A DNA stretch of 50,926 nucleotides from Elusimicrobiota bacterium (GTDB taxonomy: Bacteria > Elusimicrobiota > Elusimicrobia > UBA1565 > UBA9628), in NCBI GenBank assembly GCA_016204945.1, contig JACQJQ010000100.1:1-50926 (forward strand), read 5' to 3'. Below, piece by piece: positions 9,160 through 17,163 of this stretch. The stretch's first letter is position 1, and every line of letters begins with the position of its first letter. A model generated the notes under the pieces. It was not told the origin of the DNA. It saw only the letters and a list, made by a program, of their open reading frames with translations, and did not search any database. The position numbers were made by a program, and so were the translations under genes.

Positions 9160-9650
9160 GGAAATTCCGCGAACGCGCCGGCTACACCCTGACCGAGCTG
9201 ATGCTGGTCGTCGCCATCGTCGGCATTCTCTCCACCATCGGACCGGGCATGCTGACCAGCATGCAGAACTTCTTCCTGATGACGAGCGCGCGCTACGAGA
9301 TCCAGCGCGACGCGCGCACGACGCTCGACACGGTCAACCGCTACCTGCGCCAGGCGGTGGCCTCCACGGTGATCATCGACACCAACGGCCAGGGCCCGTT
9401 TTCCCGCATCCGCTTCAAGCACGTGGACGGCCGCTACATGGAGTTCCGCCAAAACGGGAAAAAGCTCATCCAGGTCATCGACACCGCCGAGTCCGTGGTC
9501 AGTGAAAACCTCGTCTACATCGCCTTCACCTACCCCCATACCGACGACACTTCGATCATCAGCGTCGCGATCACCATGGGCAAGTCCATCCAGCTCGGCC
9601 GCCGAAAGGTGCTCGAGCTGACCATCCAGAAAATCCGCGTCATGAACTGA
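9156..9650 (+). CDS. PilW/GspJ-like type IV minor pilin (164 aa)
   Basis: MRKFRERAG|YTLTELMLVVAIVGILSTIG is a prepilin N-methylation motif with Glu at +5. The ATG overlaps the upstream stop (ATGA, 9156-9159). Confidence 0.8.
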   Translation: MRKFRERAGYTLTELMLVVAIVGILSTIGPGMLTSMQNFFLMTSARYEIQRDARTTLDTVNRYLRQAVASTVIIDTNGQGPFSRIRFKHVDGRYMEFRQNGKKLIQVIDTAESVVSENLVYIAFTYPHTDDTSIISVAITMGKSIQLGRRKVLELTIQKIRVMN

Positions 9651-9651
9651 C

Positions 9652-10977
9652 ATGAAGACAAATCCATCGCCCGAGCGGCGCGGCCAGATCCTCCCCGGCG
9701 CGATCGCCATGCTTCTGATCCTGGCCGTCATGGTCCCGGCCATCGTCTACTGGGTTCAGCGCGAGGGCGTCTACGCGAGCAAGCAATCCCACAACACCAC
9801 CGCCTTCCACTTGGCGGAAGCAGGCGCGGAAAAAGCCTACCTCTACATCTCCCTCTCCACGATCACCTGGAACTCCATCCAGGCCGGCGAGGTCCAAGAC
9901 GACTACAATTTCGACAAGACGTTCGAGGATATCCCGGGCGGCACCTACACGATCAGCATCACGAGCGGCCCGGGCGTCCAGCAGGCGACGATCATCAGCG
10001 TCGGGCGCGACCGTTTCCGCAAGGAGACGCGCGCCCTGCGCGTGGTCTACAGCAATTCCATTCTCGGCGACACCGCCATCTACTCCGGGCGGGGCGTGCA
10101 GATCGGCAACAACGTGACCGTCGAATGGGGCGGGGTCATGAGTCCCTACACGATCATGGCCAACAACGCCAATCATCCGCAATTCTGGTCCGCCAGCCAA
10201 ATCACCACGAAGGACACCAACCCGGATCCTCCGAATTGCGACGGCGACACGCCGGCGGACGGGACCATCTGCTGCCAGTGGCACTCGTATGAGAAAAGCC
10301 TTCCCTCCACGCCCTCCATCGACTTAGACTTCTACCGGGCCTCCGCCGCGGCGACGACGGGCTGCCCGAGCCACGCGGGCGCGGCCGGAGCGCTGTTGGA
10401 CGGAACCCCGTCGCCGGGCCGATGCTATTACCCCGGCGCCGTCACCAATTGGGACGACACGACCAACGGCAAGACGATCTTCATGGAAAACGACCTGACG
10501 GTCAAGTCGAACGGCATGTTCCACACCGGCACGATGATCGTCATGGGCAACGTCAACCTGCCCAACGGCCAGTGGGGCGACGGCAACGTGACGATGAGCG
10601 TGCCGAGCAGCGCCTGGAAGCAGTACTGCAACGACTGGGACCATTACCACGATACGTTCGACTCCGCCGGCCCCGCCGTCTTCCCGGGCCTCAACAGCGA
10701 TTACGCGCCGACCGGGCTGACGCATTCCTCCTCCAAGGTCGCGGTCAACGGCTTTCTGTACGTCGGCGGCAACTTCAACAACGGCGGCGGCGGCGGCGGC
10801 AACAGCGACGTCTACGGCGTGCTCTACGCGGTCGGCACGACGACCATGACCCCGACGTCCAACGACGTGACCTTCTTCTACAACGGCCAGGCGACCGCCA
10901 ACCTCGTCACCACGGACGTGAGCTTGACCCGGGTTTCATGGAAAGACGAGCTGCGCGGCTGGCCCTCGGGACTGTGA
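9652..10977 (+). CDS. PilX-like pilus assembly/tip protein (441 aa)
   Basis: N-terminal hydrophobic helix [20 protein letters not shown], followed by [19 protein letters not shown] (PilX_N-type signature). It starts 1 nt after the upstream stop. Confidence 0.65.
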   Translation: MKTNPSPERRGQILPGAIAMLLILAVMVPAIVYWVQREGVYASKQSHNTTAFHLAEAGAEKAYLYISLSTITWNSIQAGEVQDDYNFDKTFEDIPGGTYTISITSGPGVQQATIISVGRDRFRKETRALRVVYSNSILGDTAIYSGRGVQIGNNVTVEWGGVMSPYTIMANNANHPQFWSASQITTKDTNPDPPNCDGDTPADGTICCQWHSYEKSLPSTPSIDLDFYRASAAATTGCPSHAGAAGALLDGTPSPGRCYYPGAVTNWDDTTNGKTIFMENDLTVKSNGMFHTGTMIVMGNVNLPNGQWGDGNVTMSVPSSAWKQYCNDWDHYHDTFDSAGPAVFPGLNSDYAPTGLTHSSSKVAVNGFLYVGGNFNNGGGGGGNSDVYGVLYAVGTTTMTPTSNDVTFFYNGQATANLVTTDVSLTRVSWKDELRGWPSGL

Positions 10978-11591
10978 GCCGCCCCAAGGGCGTGTTCATC
11001 GTCTTGGAGGGCCCCGACAAATCCGGGAAGTCCACCCAGGCCCGCATGCTCGCGGAGGCGCTCCGGGCGAAGGGGCGAGAGGTCCTGCACACGCGCGAAC
11101 CCGGCGGCACTTCGGTCGCCGAGGGCGTGCGCCGCGTGCTTCTCGATCCGAATCTGACGATCGATCCCCTGACCGAGCTTTTTCTCTACGAGGCCTCGCG
11201 CGCCCAGCACACCAGCGAAAAAATACGTCCCGCGCTGGAGGCCGGGAAAATAGTCGTCTCGGAGCGCTTCACGATGTCGACGGACGCCTATCAAGGCGCC
11301 GCCCGCGGCCTCGGGCTCGCGATAACCGCGACCCTCAACAAGATCGCGACGGGCGGGCTCCGGCCGGACCTCACCGTCCTCCTCGACATCCCGGCGGCCG
11401 AGTTCGACAGCCGGGATCCGGGACGCGAGCTCGACCGCCTCGAACGCGAAAGCGCCGACTTCCGCGGCAAGGTCCGGAGAGGCTATCTGAAAGCCGCCAA
11501 GGCCGACCCCCGCGCGGTCGTGCTGAGCGGCCGGCTGCCGGCCGACGTCCTGCACGCCAAGATCCTCGCGTTGGCCGAGAAAAAGCTCTGA
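10974..11591 (+). CDS. tmk: thymidylate kinase
   Basis: The GTG start overlaps the PilX-like stop (GTGA). [17 protein letters not shown]-loop, [12 protein letters not shown]. Confidence 0.9.
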   Translation: MSRPKGVFIVLEGPDKSGKSTQARMLAEALRAKGREVLHTREPGGTSVAEGVRRVLLDPNLTIDPLTELFLYEASRAQHTSEKIRPALEAGKIVVSERFTMSTDAYQGAARGLGLAITATLNKIATGGLRPDLTVLLDIPAAEFDSRDPGRELDRLERESADFRGKVRRGYLKAAKADPRAVVLSGRLPADVLHAKILALAEKKL

Positions 11592-12523
11592 TGCGCCTCG
11601 ACAAGGTCCTCGGCCAACGCCGCGCCGTCAAGACCCTCGAAAGCCTCCTGGCGTCCGAGCGCCTGCCGGCCGCGATGCTGTTCGTCGGGCCCGAAGGCGT
11701 CGGCAAGCGCCTGGCCGCCGTCGAGCTGGCCAAGGCCCTGCTGTGCCGCGAGCGCCCGTTCACCGGCGAGGCCTCCTGCGGGGAATGCCGCGACTGCCGA
11801 GGCGTCGACGGGCGCGTCCACCCGGACGCCGTCATGGTCGACGCGGCCTACCAGGCGTCCCTGGAGGAGGGCGAGCTCGAAAAACAAAAAGTATGGAAGG
11901 TGGACACGATCCGCCGCCTCCTCAAGGACCTCAGCTTCAAGTCCATGCTGGACGGCTGGAAGATCGCCATGATCCCCGACGCTCAACGCCTCAACGAGGC
12001 CGCGGCCAACGCGATGCTCAAGATACTGGAGGAGCCCCAGCCGAAGACCCTGTGGATATTGGGCGCCACCCAACGCGAACGGCTGCCCCGCACGATCTCC
12101 TCGCGCTGCTTTACAATCCCCTTCGGGCCCCTGCCCGAGCCCGTTCTCGAGAAAATCTTGGCCGGACGGGGCGCGGCGCCCGCCGAAGCCAAGCGCCTGG
12201 CCGCGCTGTCCGACGGCTCCGCCGGACGCGCGCTTGAGCTCGGCGTCGATAACGGCCTCTCCCAAGGCGACGGGCCGCTCGCCGCCGTCACCGTTTCCGA
12301 CGGCCTGCCGAGGGACCTCGCCGCCGCGCGCGTCAAGGTGGAGGGCGCCCTCTACTCGCTCGCCCAACAGCTGAGACTCCGGCACCTCAATGGAGAACGG
12401 GCATTTGGAGATGTCGAAGGCCCCTTGCGCGAGCTCTCCCGCCTGCGCGCGGCCCTGCGCGCCAACGCCGATCCCAAACTGATCCTGACGCTGGCCGCCC
12501 TGGAGGCCGAAGCCGCGCGGTAA
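11591..12523 (+). CDS. holB: DNA polymerase III subunit delta-prime
   Basis: [31 protein letters not shown] zinc module, conserved tmk-holB order. Confidence 0.85.
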   Translation: MRLDKVLGQRRAVKTLESLLASERLPAAMLFVGPEGVGKRLAAVELAKALLCRERPFTGEASCGECRDCRGVDGRVHPDAVMVDAAYQASLEEGELEKQKVWKVDTIRRLLKDLSFKSMLDGWKIAMIPDAQRLNEAAANAMLKILEEPQPKTLWILGATQRERLPRTISSRCFTIPFGPLPEPVLEKILAGRGAAPAEAKRLAALSDGSAGRALELGVDNGLSQGDGPLAAVTVSDGLPRDLAAARVKVEGALYSLAQQLRLRHLNGERAFGDVEGPLRELSRLRAALRANADPKLILTLAALEAEAAR

Positions 12524-12527
12524 GCCC

Positions 12528-14039
12528 ATGACCAAGCGCTACTACATCACGACCCCGATCTACTACATCAACGCGGCGCCCCACATCGGCCACGCGTACA
12601 CGACGATCGCCGCCGACGTTCTCGCCCGCCACATGCGCGGCCGCGGACGGGCCGCCCACCTGCTCACGGGCACCGACGAGCACGGCCAGAAGATCGAGGA
12701 CGCGGCCAAGGCCGCGGGCAAGCACGTGATGGACTTCTGCGACCAGACCTCGGCCAAGTTCCGCGATCTCTGGAAGCACCTCGACGTCCACGTCGACGAC
12801 TACATCCGCACGACGGAGAAGCGCCACGAGAGCAAGGTCCAGGAGCTGTTCGCCCTGCTTCTCAAAAACGGGGACATCTACAAAGGCCGGTATGAGGGCC
12901 TCTACGACGTGGTCAGCGAGTCCTTCGTCAAGGAGAGCGACGCGGTGAAGGGCCCCGGCGGCGTCCTGCTCGGCCCCGACTCGGGCAAGCCCCTGCAGAA
13001 TCTCTCCGAGGAGACCTATTTTTTCAAGCTCTCGAAATTCGGACCGAGACTGCTCGCCCATTATGAGGCGAACCCGGGCTTCCTCGCGCCCCCGCACCGC
13101 GCCGCGGAGCTCCTCCGCTTCGTGTCGGACGGACTCGAGGACATCTCGGTCTCGCGCACGAAGGTCAAGTGGGGCATCCCCGTTCCCGGAGACCCCGGCC
13201 ATACGATCTACGTCTGGTTCGACGCGCTGATCAACTACTGGTCGGCGGCCGCCGCTTCGCCGGATCTTTGGCCGGTGGACGTCCAAATCGTGGGAAAGGA
13301 GATATTCCGCTTCCACGGCGTGATCTGGCCGGCGATGCTGATGGCGGCCGGCCTGCCCCTGCCGAAACAAGTCTTCGCGCACGGCTGGTGGACGATCGAG
13401 GGGCAGAAAATGTCGAAGTCCCTCGGCAACTTCATCTCGCCGTACGACGTCACGGCCGAGTTCGGCGTGGACGCCCTGCGCTACTTTCTCCTGCGCGAGA
13501 TGCCGTTCGGCAGCGACGGCGACTTTTCCAAGGCGTCCCTGACCAAGCGCTACAACGCCGAGCTCGCCAACGACCTGGGCAACCTCGTCTCGCGCGTGTC
13601 GGAAATGGTGGACAAGTTCCTCGGCGGCCGCCTCCCGACGAAGCCTCCTCTTGGCCATGACTTCTACACGACGACGGTCGCCAGGCGCACGCCCGAGATA
13701 TCGGCCAAGATGGAGGCCCTGGACTTCTGCGGCGCCCTGGACGCGATCTGGGAGGTGATCCGCAGCCTCAACGCGCGCGTCAACGAAAAAGCCCCCTGGA
13801 AGCTCGCCAAGACGGACCCGAAGGAATGCGAGCTCGTCCTCTTCGATCTCGTCTGGTCCCTGCGCCTCGTCGGCGGCTGGCTCGACCCGTTCATGCCCTC
13901 GACCGCGGCGAAGATCCACATGCAGCTCGGCGTGCGCCAGTTCCCCGACGCGCTGACGGCCGAGGACGTGCTCGCCGGCAAGACTCAGCGCCAAGGCCTG
14001 ATCGCGAAAGGCCCCGTCCTGTTCCCGCGTAAAATTTAA
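12528..14039 (+). CDS. metG: methionine--tRNA ligase (short form)
   Basis: YYITTPIYYINAAPHIGHAYT (HIGH motif) and KMSKSLGN. Confidence 0.95.
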   Translation: MTKRYYITTPIYYINAAPHIGHAYTTIAADVLARHMRGRGRAAHLLTGTDEHGQKIEDAAKAAGKHVMDFCDQTSAKFRDLWKHLDVHVDDYIRTTEKRHESKVQELFALLLKNGDIYKGRYEGLYDVVSESFVKESDAVKGPGGVLLGPDSGKPLQNLSEETYFFKLSKFGPRLLAHYEANPGFLAPPHRAAELLRFVSDGLEDISVSRTKVKWGIPVPGDPGHTIYVWFDALINYWSAAAASPDLWPVDVQIVGKEIFRFHGVIWPAMLMAAGLPLPKQVFAHGWWTIEGQKMSKSLGNFISPYDVTAEFGVDALRYFLLREMPFGSDGDFSKASLTKRYNAELANDLGNLVSRVSEMVDKFLGGRLPTKPPLGHDFYTTTVARRTPEISAKMEALDFCGALDAIWEVIRSLNARVNEKAPWKLAKTDPKECELVLFDLVWSLRLVGGWLDPFMPSTAAKIHMQLGVRQFPDALTAEDVLAGKTQRQGLIAKGPVLFPRKI

Positions 14040-14049
14040 TTGAGCGGCG

Positions 14050-14481
14050 CTATTTGCCGGTCGAGCCGAAGCCGCCGAGGCCGCGCGCCGTCTCGCCGAG
14101 ATCGTCGCAGTCCTTGGGCAACGGCGTGGCGATCGCGACGACCAGGAGCTGGGCGATGCGCTCCCCCTTCTTGAGCGCCTGCGCCGCGCGCGAAACGTTC
14201 CAGAGCATCACCCCGACCTCGCCGCGGTAGCCCGCGTCGATCACGCCGCCGGCGGTCTTGAGGCCGCGCTTGGCCAGCGACGAGCGGTCGCAGACCAGTC
14301 CGACGTGCCCCGCCGGGATGGCCATCGCCACGCCCGTGCGCACCACCGCGCCCTCGCCGGGCGCCAACTCCGCGTCCTCGAGCGCGTACAGGTCGAGACC
14401 CGCGTCGTCGGCATGGGCCCGCGTGGGCAAGGTCGCGGCCGGATCGAGGCGCCGCATCGAGAGAATTCCGCGGGCGCTCAT
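14050..14481 (-). CDS. dut: dUTP diphosphatase
   Basis: Internal start MSARGIL. DAGLDLYA, GLVCDRSSLAKRG, GVIDAGYRGEV, RIAQLLV, GFGSTGK. Confidence 0.9.
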   Translation of the reverse strand: MSARGILSMRRLDPAATLPTRAHADDAGLDLYALEDAELAPGEGAVVRTGVAMAIPAGHVGLVCDRSSLAKRGLKTAGGVIDAGYRGEVGVMLWNVSRAAQALKKGERIAQLLVVAIATPLPKDCDDLGETARGLGGFGSTGK

Positions 14482-15287
14482 AAATGCTCCCCGTAGTCGC
14501 GGGGCGGCGAGGCCGGTATCCAGCCGACGAGGCGGCCCCCCGCGCGCGCCAGCCACGACACCGGCCCCAGCAGGGCGTAGAAGAAGAAGCAGATGAACAG
14601 GATCATCAGCGGGTAGTAGAAAATCAGGAAGCCCAGGCCGAGCAGTCCGAGTATCGCGGCCACCGACTTCGGCCGCAGAACGCCCGGCTGCTTGAACGCG
14701 GGGTAGGGGATCGTCGAAACCATCAGCAGGGAGATCGCGACGACCATGACCGGAGCCAGGCCGTAGAGCGCTGGAATCTGGTCCATCAGGAAGCGCCAGG
14801 TGCCCGCGGGCCGCCCCTCCTCGATCTTTTGATAGAGCAGGACGAAGCCGGCGAGGAAGCCCGCGCCCCCCGGGATCGGCAGGCCCGTGAAGTGGGACTT
14901 CGAACCCTGGCCGTCATGCGCCATCGCGTTGAAGCGCGCCAGGCGCAGGCCGCCGCATAGCGCGAACAAGAAGGCCATCGGATAGCCCCACGCGCCGTAG
15001 TCCTTCAGCATGAACGCGTACATCATATGCGCCGGGGCCACGCCGAAGGTGAGGAAGTCGGCCATCGAGTCGAACTCGACGCCGAAGGAGGACTCCCCGT
15101 GCACGAGGCGGGCGACGCGGCCGTCGAGCGCGTCGAAGACCATGCCGGCCATGATCGCCGTCGCCGAGGACACGAACTCCCCCCGCACGGAGGAGAGCAG
15201 CGCGTAGAAGCCGCACGCCATGTTGCCGAGCGTGAACAGGGAGGGGGCGAGGACCTGCCCGCCGCGCTTCAGAGCCTGCTTGTCCAT
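14478..15287 (-). CDS. pssA: CDP-diacylglycerol--serine O-phosphatidyltransferase
   Basis: Start MDKQALKRG. CDP-alcohol phosphatidyltransferase motif DALDGRVARLVHGESSFGVEFDSMADF. Multiple TM segments. Adjacent to psd, with an ATGA overlap with dut. Confidence 0.85.
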   Translation of the reverse strand: MDKQALKRGGQVLAPSLFTLGNMACGFYALLSSVRGEFVSSATAIMAGMVFDALDGRVARLVHGESSFGVEFDSMADFLTFGVAPAHMMYAFMLKDYGAWGYPMAFLFALCGGLRLARFNAMAHDGQGSKSHFTGLPIPGGAGFLAGFVLLYQKIEEGRPAGTWRFLMDQIPALYGLAPVMVVAISLLMVSTIPYPAFKQPGVLRPKSVAAILGLLGLGFLIFYYPLMILFICFFFYALLGPVSWLARAGGRLVGWIPASPPRDYGEHL

Positions 15288-15910
15288 TCCCCGATGGGCG
15301 TCACGCCGCCGGCGACCCGGTCGCCCGGCTTGGCCGTGCAGAGCGAGCCGGACGGAAAGTGCACGGCCGCCTGCGAGCCGAAATAGATGATGCCGTACTT
15401 CTCTCCCGCGGCGACCGCGTCGCCGGGCCTGCGCCAGCACTCGATGCGCCGCGCGATGAGGCCGGCGATCTGCTCGACGACGACGGGGCCGCGGCCCTCG
15501 GGCTCGATGGTCATGACCACGCGCGCGTTCCCGCGCGCCGCGTCCTTCATCGCGGCGGCGAACGAGCCCGCGACCGAGCTGACCTTCGTCACGCGCCCCG
15601 CCGTCGGGGCGCGCTGGATGTGGACGTCGAAGATGGAGAGGAATATCCGGCAGGTGACCGCGTCCCCGGGGCCCTCGCGGCCGACGGACAGCACGACCCC
15701 GTCGCCGGGCGAGTAGATGCGTCCGTCGCTCGGCAGGGCCCGCTCCGGATCGCGGAAGAAGTAGGCCGTGAACGCGGCGAAGCCGAAGGCGAGAAACGAC
15801 AGCAGGGCGCCGAGGACCGCGGTCGACTCTCGGCCCGTCAGCCACACGCCGCCGGCGCCGGCCGCGACGGCCGGGACCACGAACCGCCACGCCTGGGATG
15901 CGATTTTCAT
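15269..15910 (-). CDS. psd: phosphatidylserine decarboxylase proenzyme (short form)
   Basis: 213-aa ORF with N-terminal TM segments, IFLSIFDVHIQRAP and an FGSQ self-cleavage-type motif. Paired with pssA. Confidence 0.8.
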   Translation of the reverse strand: MKIASQAWRFVVPAVAAGAGGVWLTGRESTAVLGALLSFLAFGFAAFTAYFFRDPERALPSDGRIYSPGDGVVLSVGREGPGDAVTCRIFLSIFDVHIQRAPTAGRVTKVSSVAGSFAAAMKDAARGNARVVMTIEPEGRGPVVVEQIAGLIARRIECWRRPGDAVAAGEKYGIIYFGSQAAVHFPSGSLCTAKPGDRVAGGVTPIGEWTSRL

Positions 15911-16689
15911 TGCTCATCCACCAAAGATATTGGCGGCGGTGGGACTCGAACCCACATGCCCTTACGGGCGGCAGATTTTAAGTCTGCTCTGGATACCAAT
16001 TTCAGCACGCCGCCGGGTCCCTTCATTCTAGCATCTGGAGGAGTCGGCTTCACCGTCTTACTCCGGCTCCATCCGTTCGAGGCTGCAGCACAGGAAAAAG
16101 CGAGCCGTCTCTTGCGTTCAAGCGCCGGAACTTTTTCATCATAGCAAGCCCCGAGCACCTTCTGAGCCGCCATTTTTCCATACTTCAACACCCAAACGCT
16201 TTCATGTCCATGATGAATTTTACCCTCAAGTCCGATGAGCCGGGTTAAAGCCGCCTTCAGCCACTCGAGAAAAGGCGGCGAAGCGGAGAAAACGCGCAGC
16301 GACCACTGTTCGCCGCCATTGCCGGGATGAATCCAGCGCCTGATCGAGCCGTCACCGTCAACGACTCCGCGAAAGAAATCCAGGAGCATCCGATCTGGAA
16401 CGTTCAACGCTCCCATGGTCTTCGATTTCGCCGGAGTCAGACCGATGCGCGCGAGTTCTTCCCAATACGACCGACCGCAAATATTGATTCGATGAGAAAG
16501 CTGGCCCCGGCCGTTTAGGTGCTGACACACCTTGTTCGTAATGCGGCAACGATCCCTGATCATCTCAAGGAATTCATGATCTTTGGCAACCAGGATGACA
16601 TGTCGTCGGTTTCTCAACAGACAGCCATCGGTGGAGACAAGGCCGGCGAGATACCACCACTCACGAGAGCAAGAGGCGAGATTGATCAT
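15907..16689 (-). CDS. free-standing double-motif LAGLIDADG homing endonuclease. The ORF has no stop before the tRNA, so codons after about aa 225 are tRNA-Leu sequence.
   Basis: Two dodecapeptide motifs: WWYLAGLVSTDGCL (aa ~12-25) and FFRGVVDGDGSI (aa ~105-116). Both retain the acidic catalytic residue. G+C is visibly lower than in the flanks. Confidence 0.75.
   Translation of the reverse strand: MINLASCSREWWYLAGLVSTDGCLLRNRRHVILVAKDHEFLEMIRDRCRITNKVCQHLNGRGQLSHRINICGRSYWEELARIGLTPAKSKTMGALNVPDRMLLDFFRGVVDGDGSIRRWIHPGNGGEQWSLRVFSASPPFLEWLKAALTRLIGLEGKIHHGHESVWVLKYGKMAAQKVLGACYDEKVPALERKRRLAFSCAAASNGWSRSKTVKPTPPDARMKGPGGVLKLVSRADLKSAARKGMWVRVPPPPISLVDEQ
15931..16014 (-). tRNA. tRNA-Leu, anticodon UAA (class II, long variable arm); CCA not encoded
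   Basis: Hand-folded from the reverse complement: acceptor GGCGGCG/CGCCGCC; anticodon arm GCAGA-CTTAAAA-TCTGC; variable arm GCCC-GTAA-GGGC; T arm GTGGG-TTCGAGT-CCCAC; discriminator A. Confidence 0.9.
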
Positions 16690-16722
16690 ACCTTCATACG
16701 ATCGACCGGCCCAAAAAGTTCC

Positions 16723-17163
16723 CTAGAGACCTATATCCTCGTTCCAGAGGTCGGGCCTCTCGCGCGTGAAGCGAGCCATCAGCGCGACGCAGTCGGGATC
16801 CTGAAGAACGGACACCGTCACGCCGCGCGCGGCGAACAGATCCTCGGCCCCGAGAAAGTTCCTATTTTCCCCCACGACCACGCGCGGGATGCGGTACAGC
16901 AGCGCCGTCCCGGCGCACATGATGCACGGGCTCAGGGAGGACACCAAGGTCAACTCCGGCCAGTCGCGCCGGCGTCCCGCGTTCCGGAGGCAGACGACCT
17001 CGGCGTGCGCGGTCGGATCGCCCGTCTGCACGCGCAGGTTGCGCCCGCGCGCGACGATCGCCCCCCGCGCGTCGACGAGGACGGAACCGATCGGCAGACC
17101 GCCCGCGTCATAGCCCTTCTTGGCCTCGAGGTAAGCCTCGCGCACGAGCTCCCGATCGGTCAT
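16723..17163 (-). CDS. cytosine deaminase, FCY1-like (CMP/dCMP-type zinc deaminase fold)
   Basis: HAEVVCL .. SPCIMCAG zinc motifs. The C-terminal RERPDLWNEDIGL resembles the yeast FCY1 tail. Confidence 0.7.
   Translation of the reverse strand: MTDRELVREAYLEAKKGYDAGGLPIGSVLVDARGAIVARGRNLRVQTGDPTAHAEVVCLRNAGRRRDWPELTLVSSLSPCIMCAGTALLYRIPRVVVGENRNFLGAEDLFAARGVTVSVLQDPDCVALMARFTRERPDLWNEDIGL

Noticed and set aside
10783-10800. (GGC)6 microsatellite
   Set aside because: It lies in frame within the PilX-like gene and encodes GGGGGG. I treat it as coding low complexity rather than a repeat element, although it could be slippage-prone.
12387-13994. 535-aa minus-strand ORF over metG
   Set aside because: It is antisense to a tRNA ligase with HIGH and KMSKS motifs. 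R/G/E/V-rich shadow.
15931-16014. Group I intron inside tRNA-Leu(UAA), prompted by the neighbouring homing endonuclease
   Set aside because: The tRNA folds as a continuous 84-nt cloverleaf with an intact CTTAAAA anticodon loop. No insertion is present.
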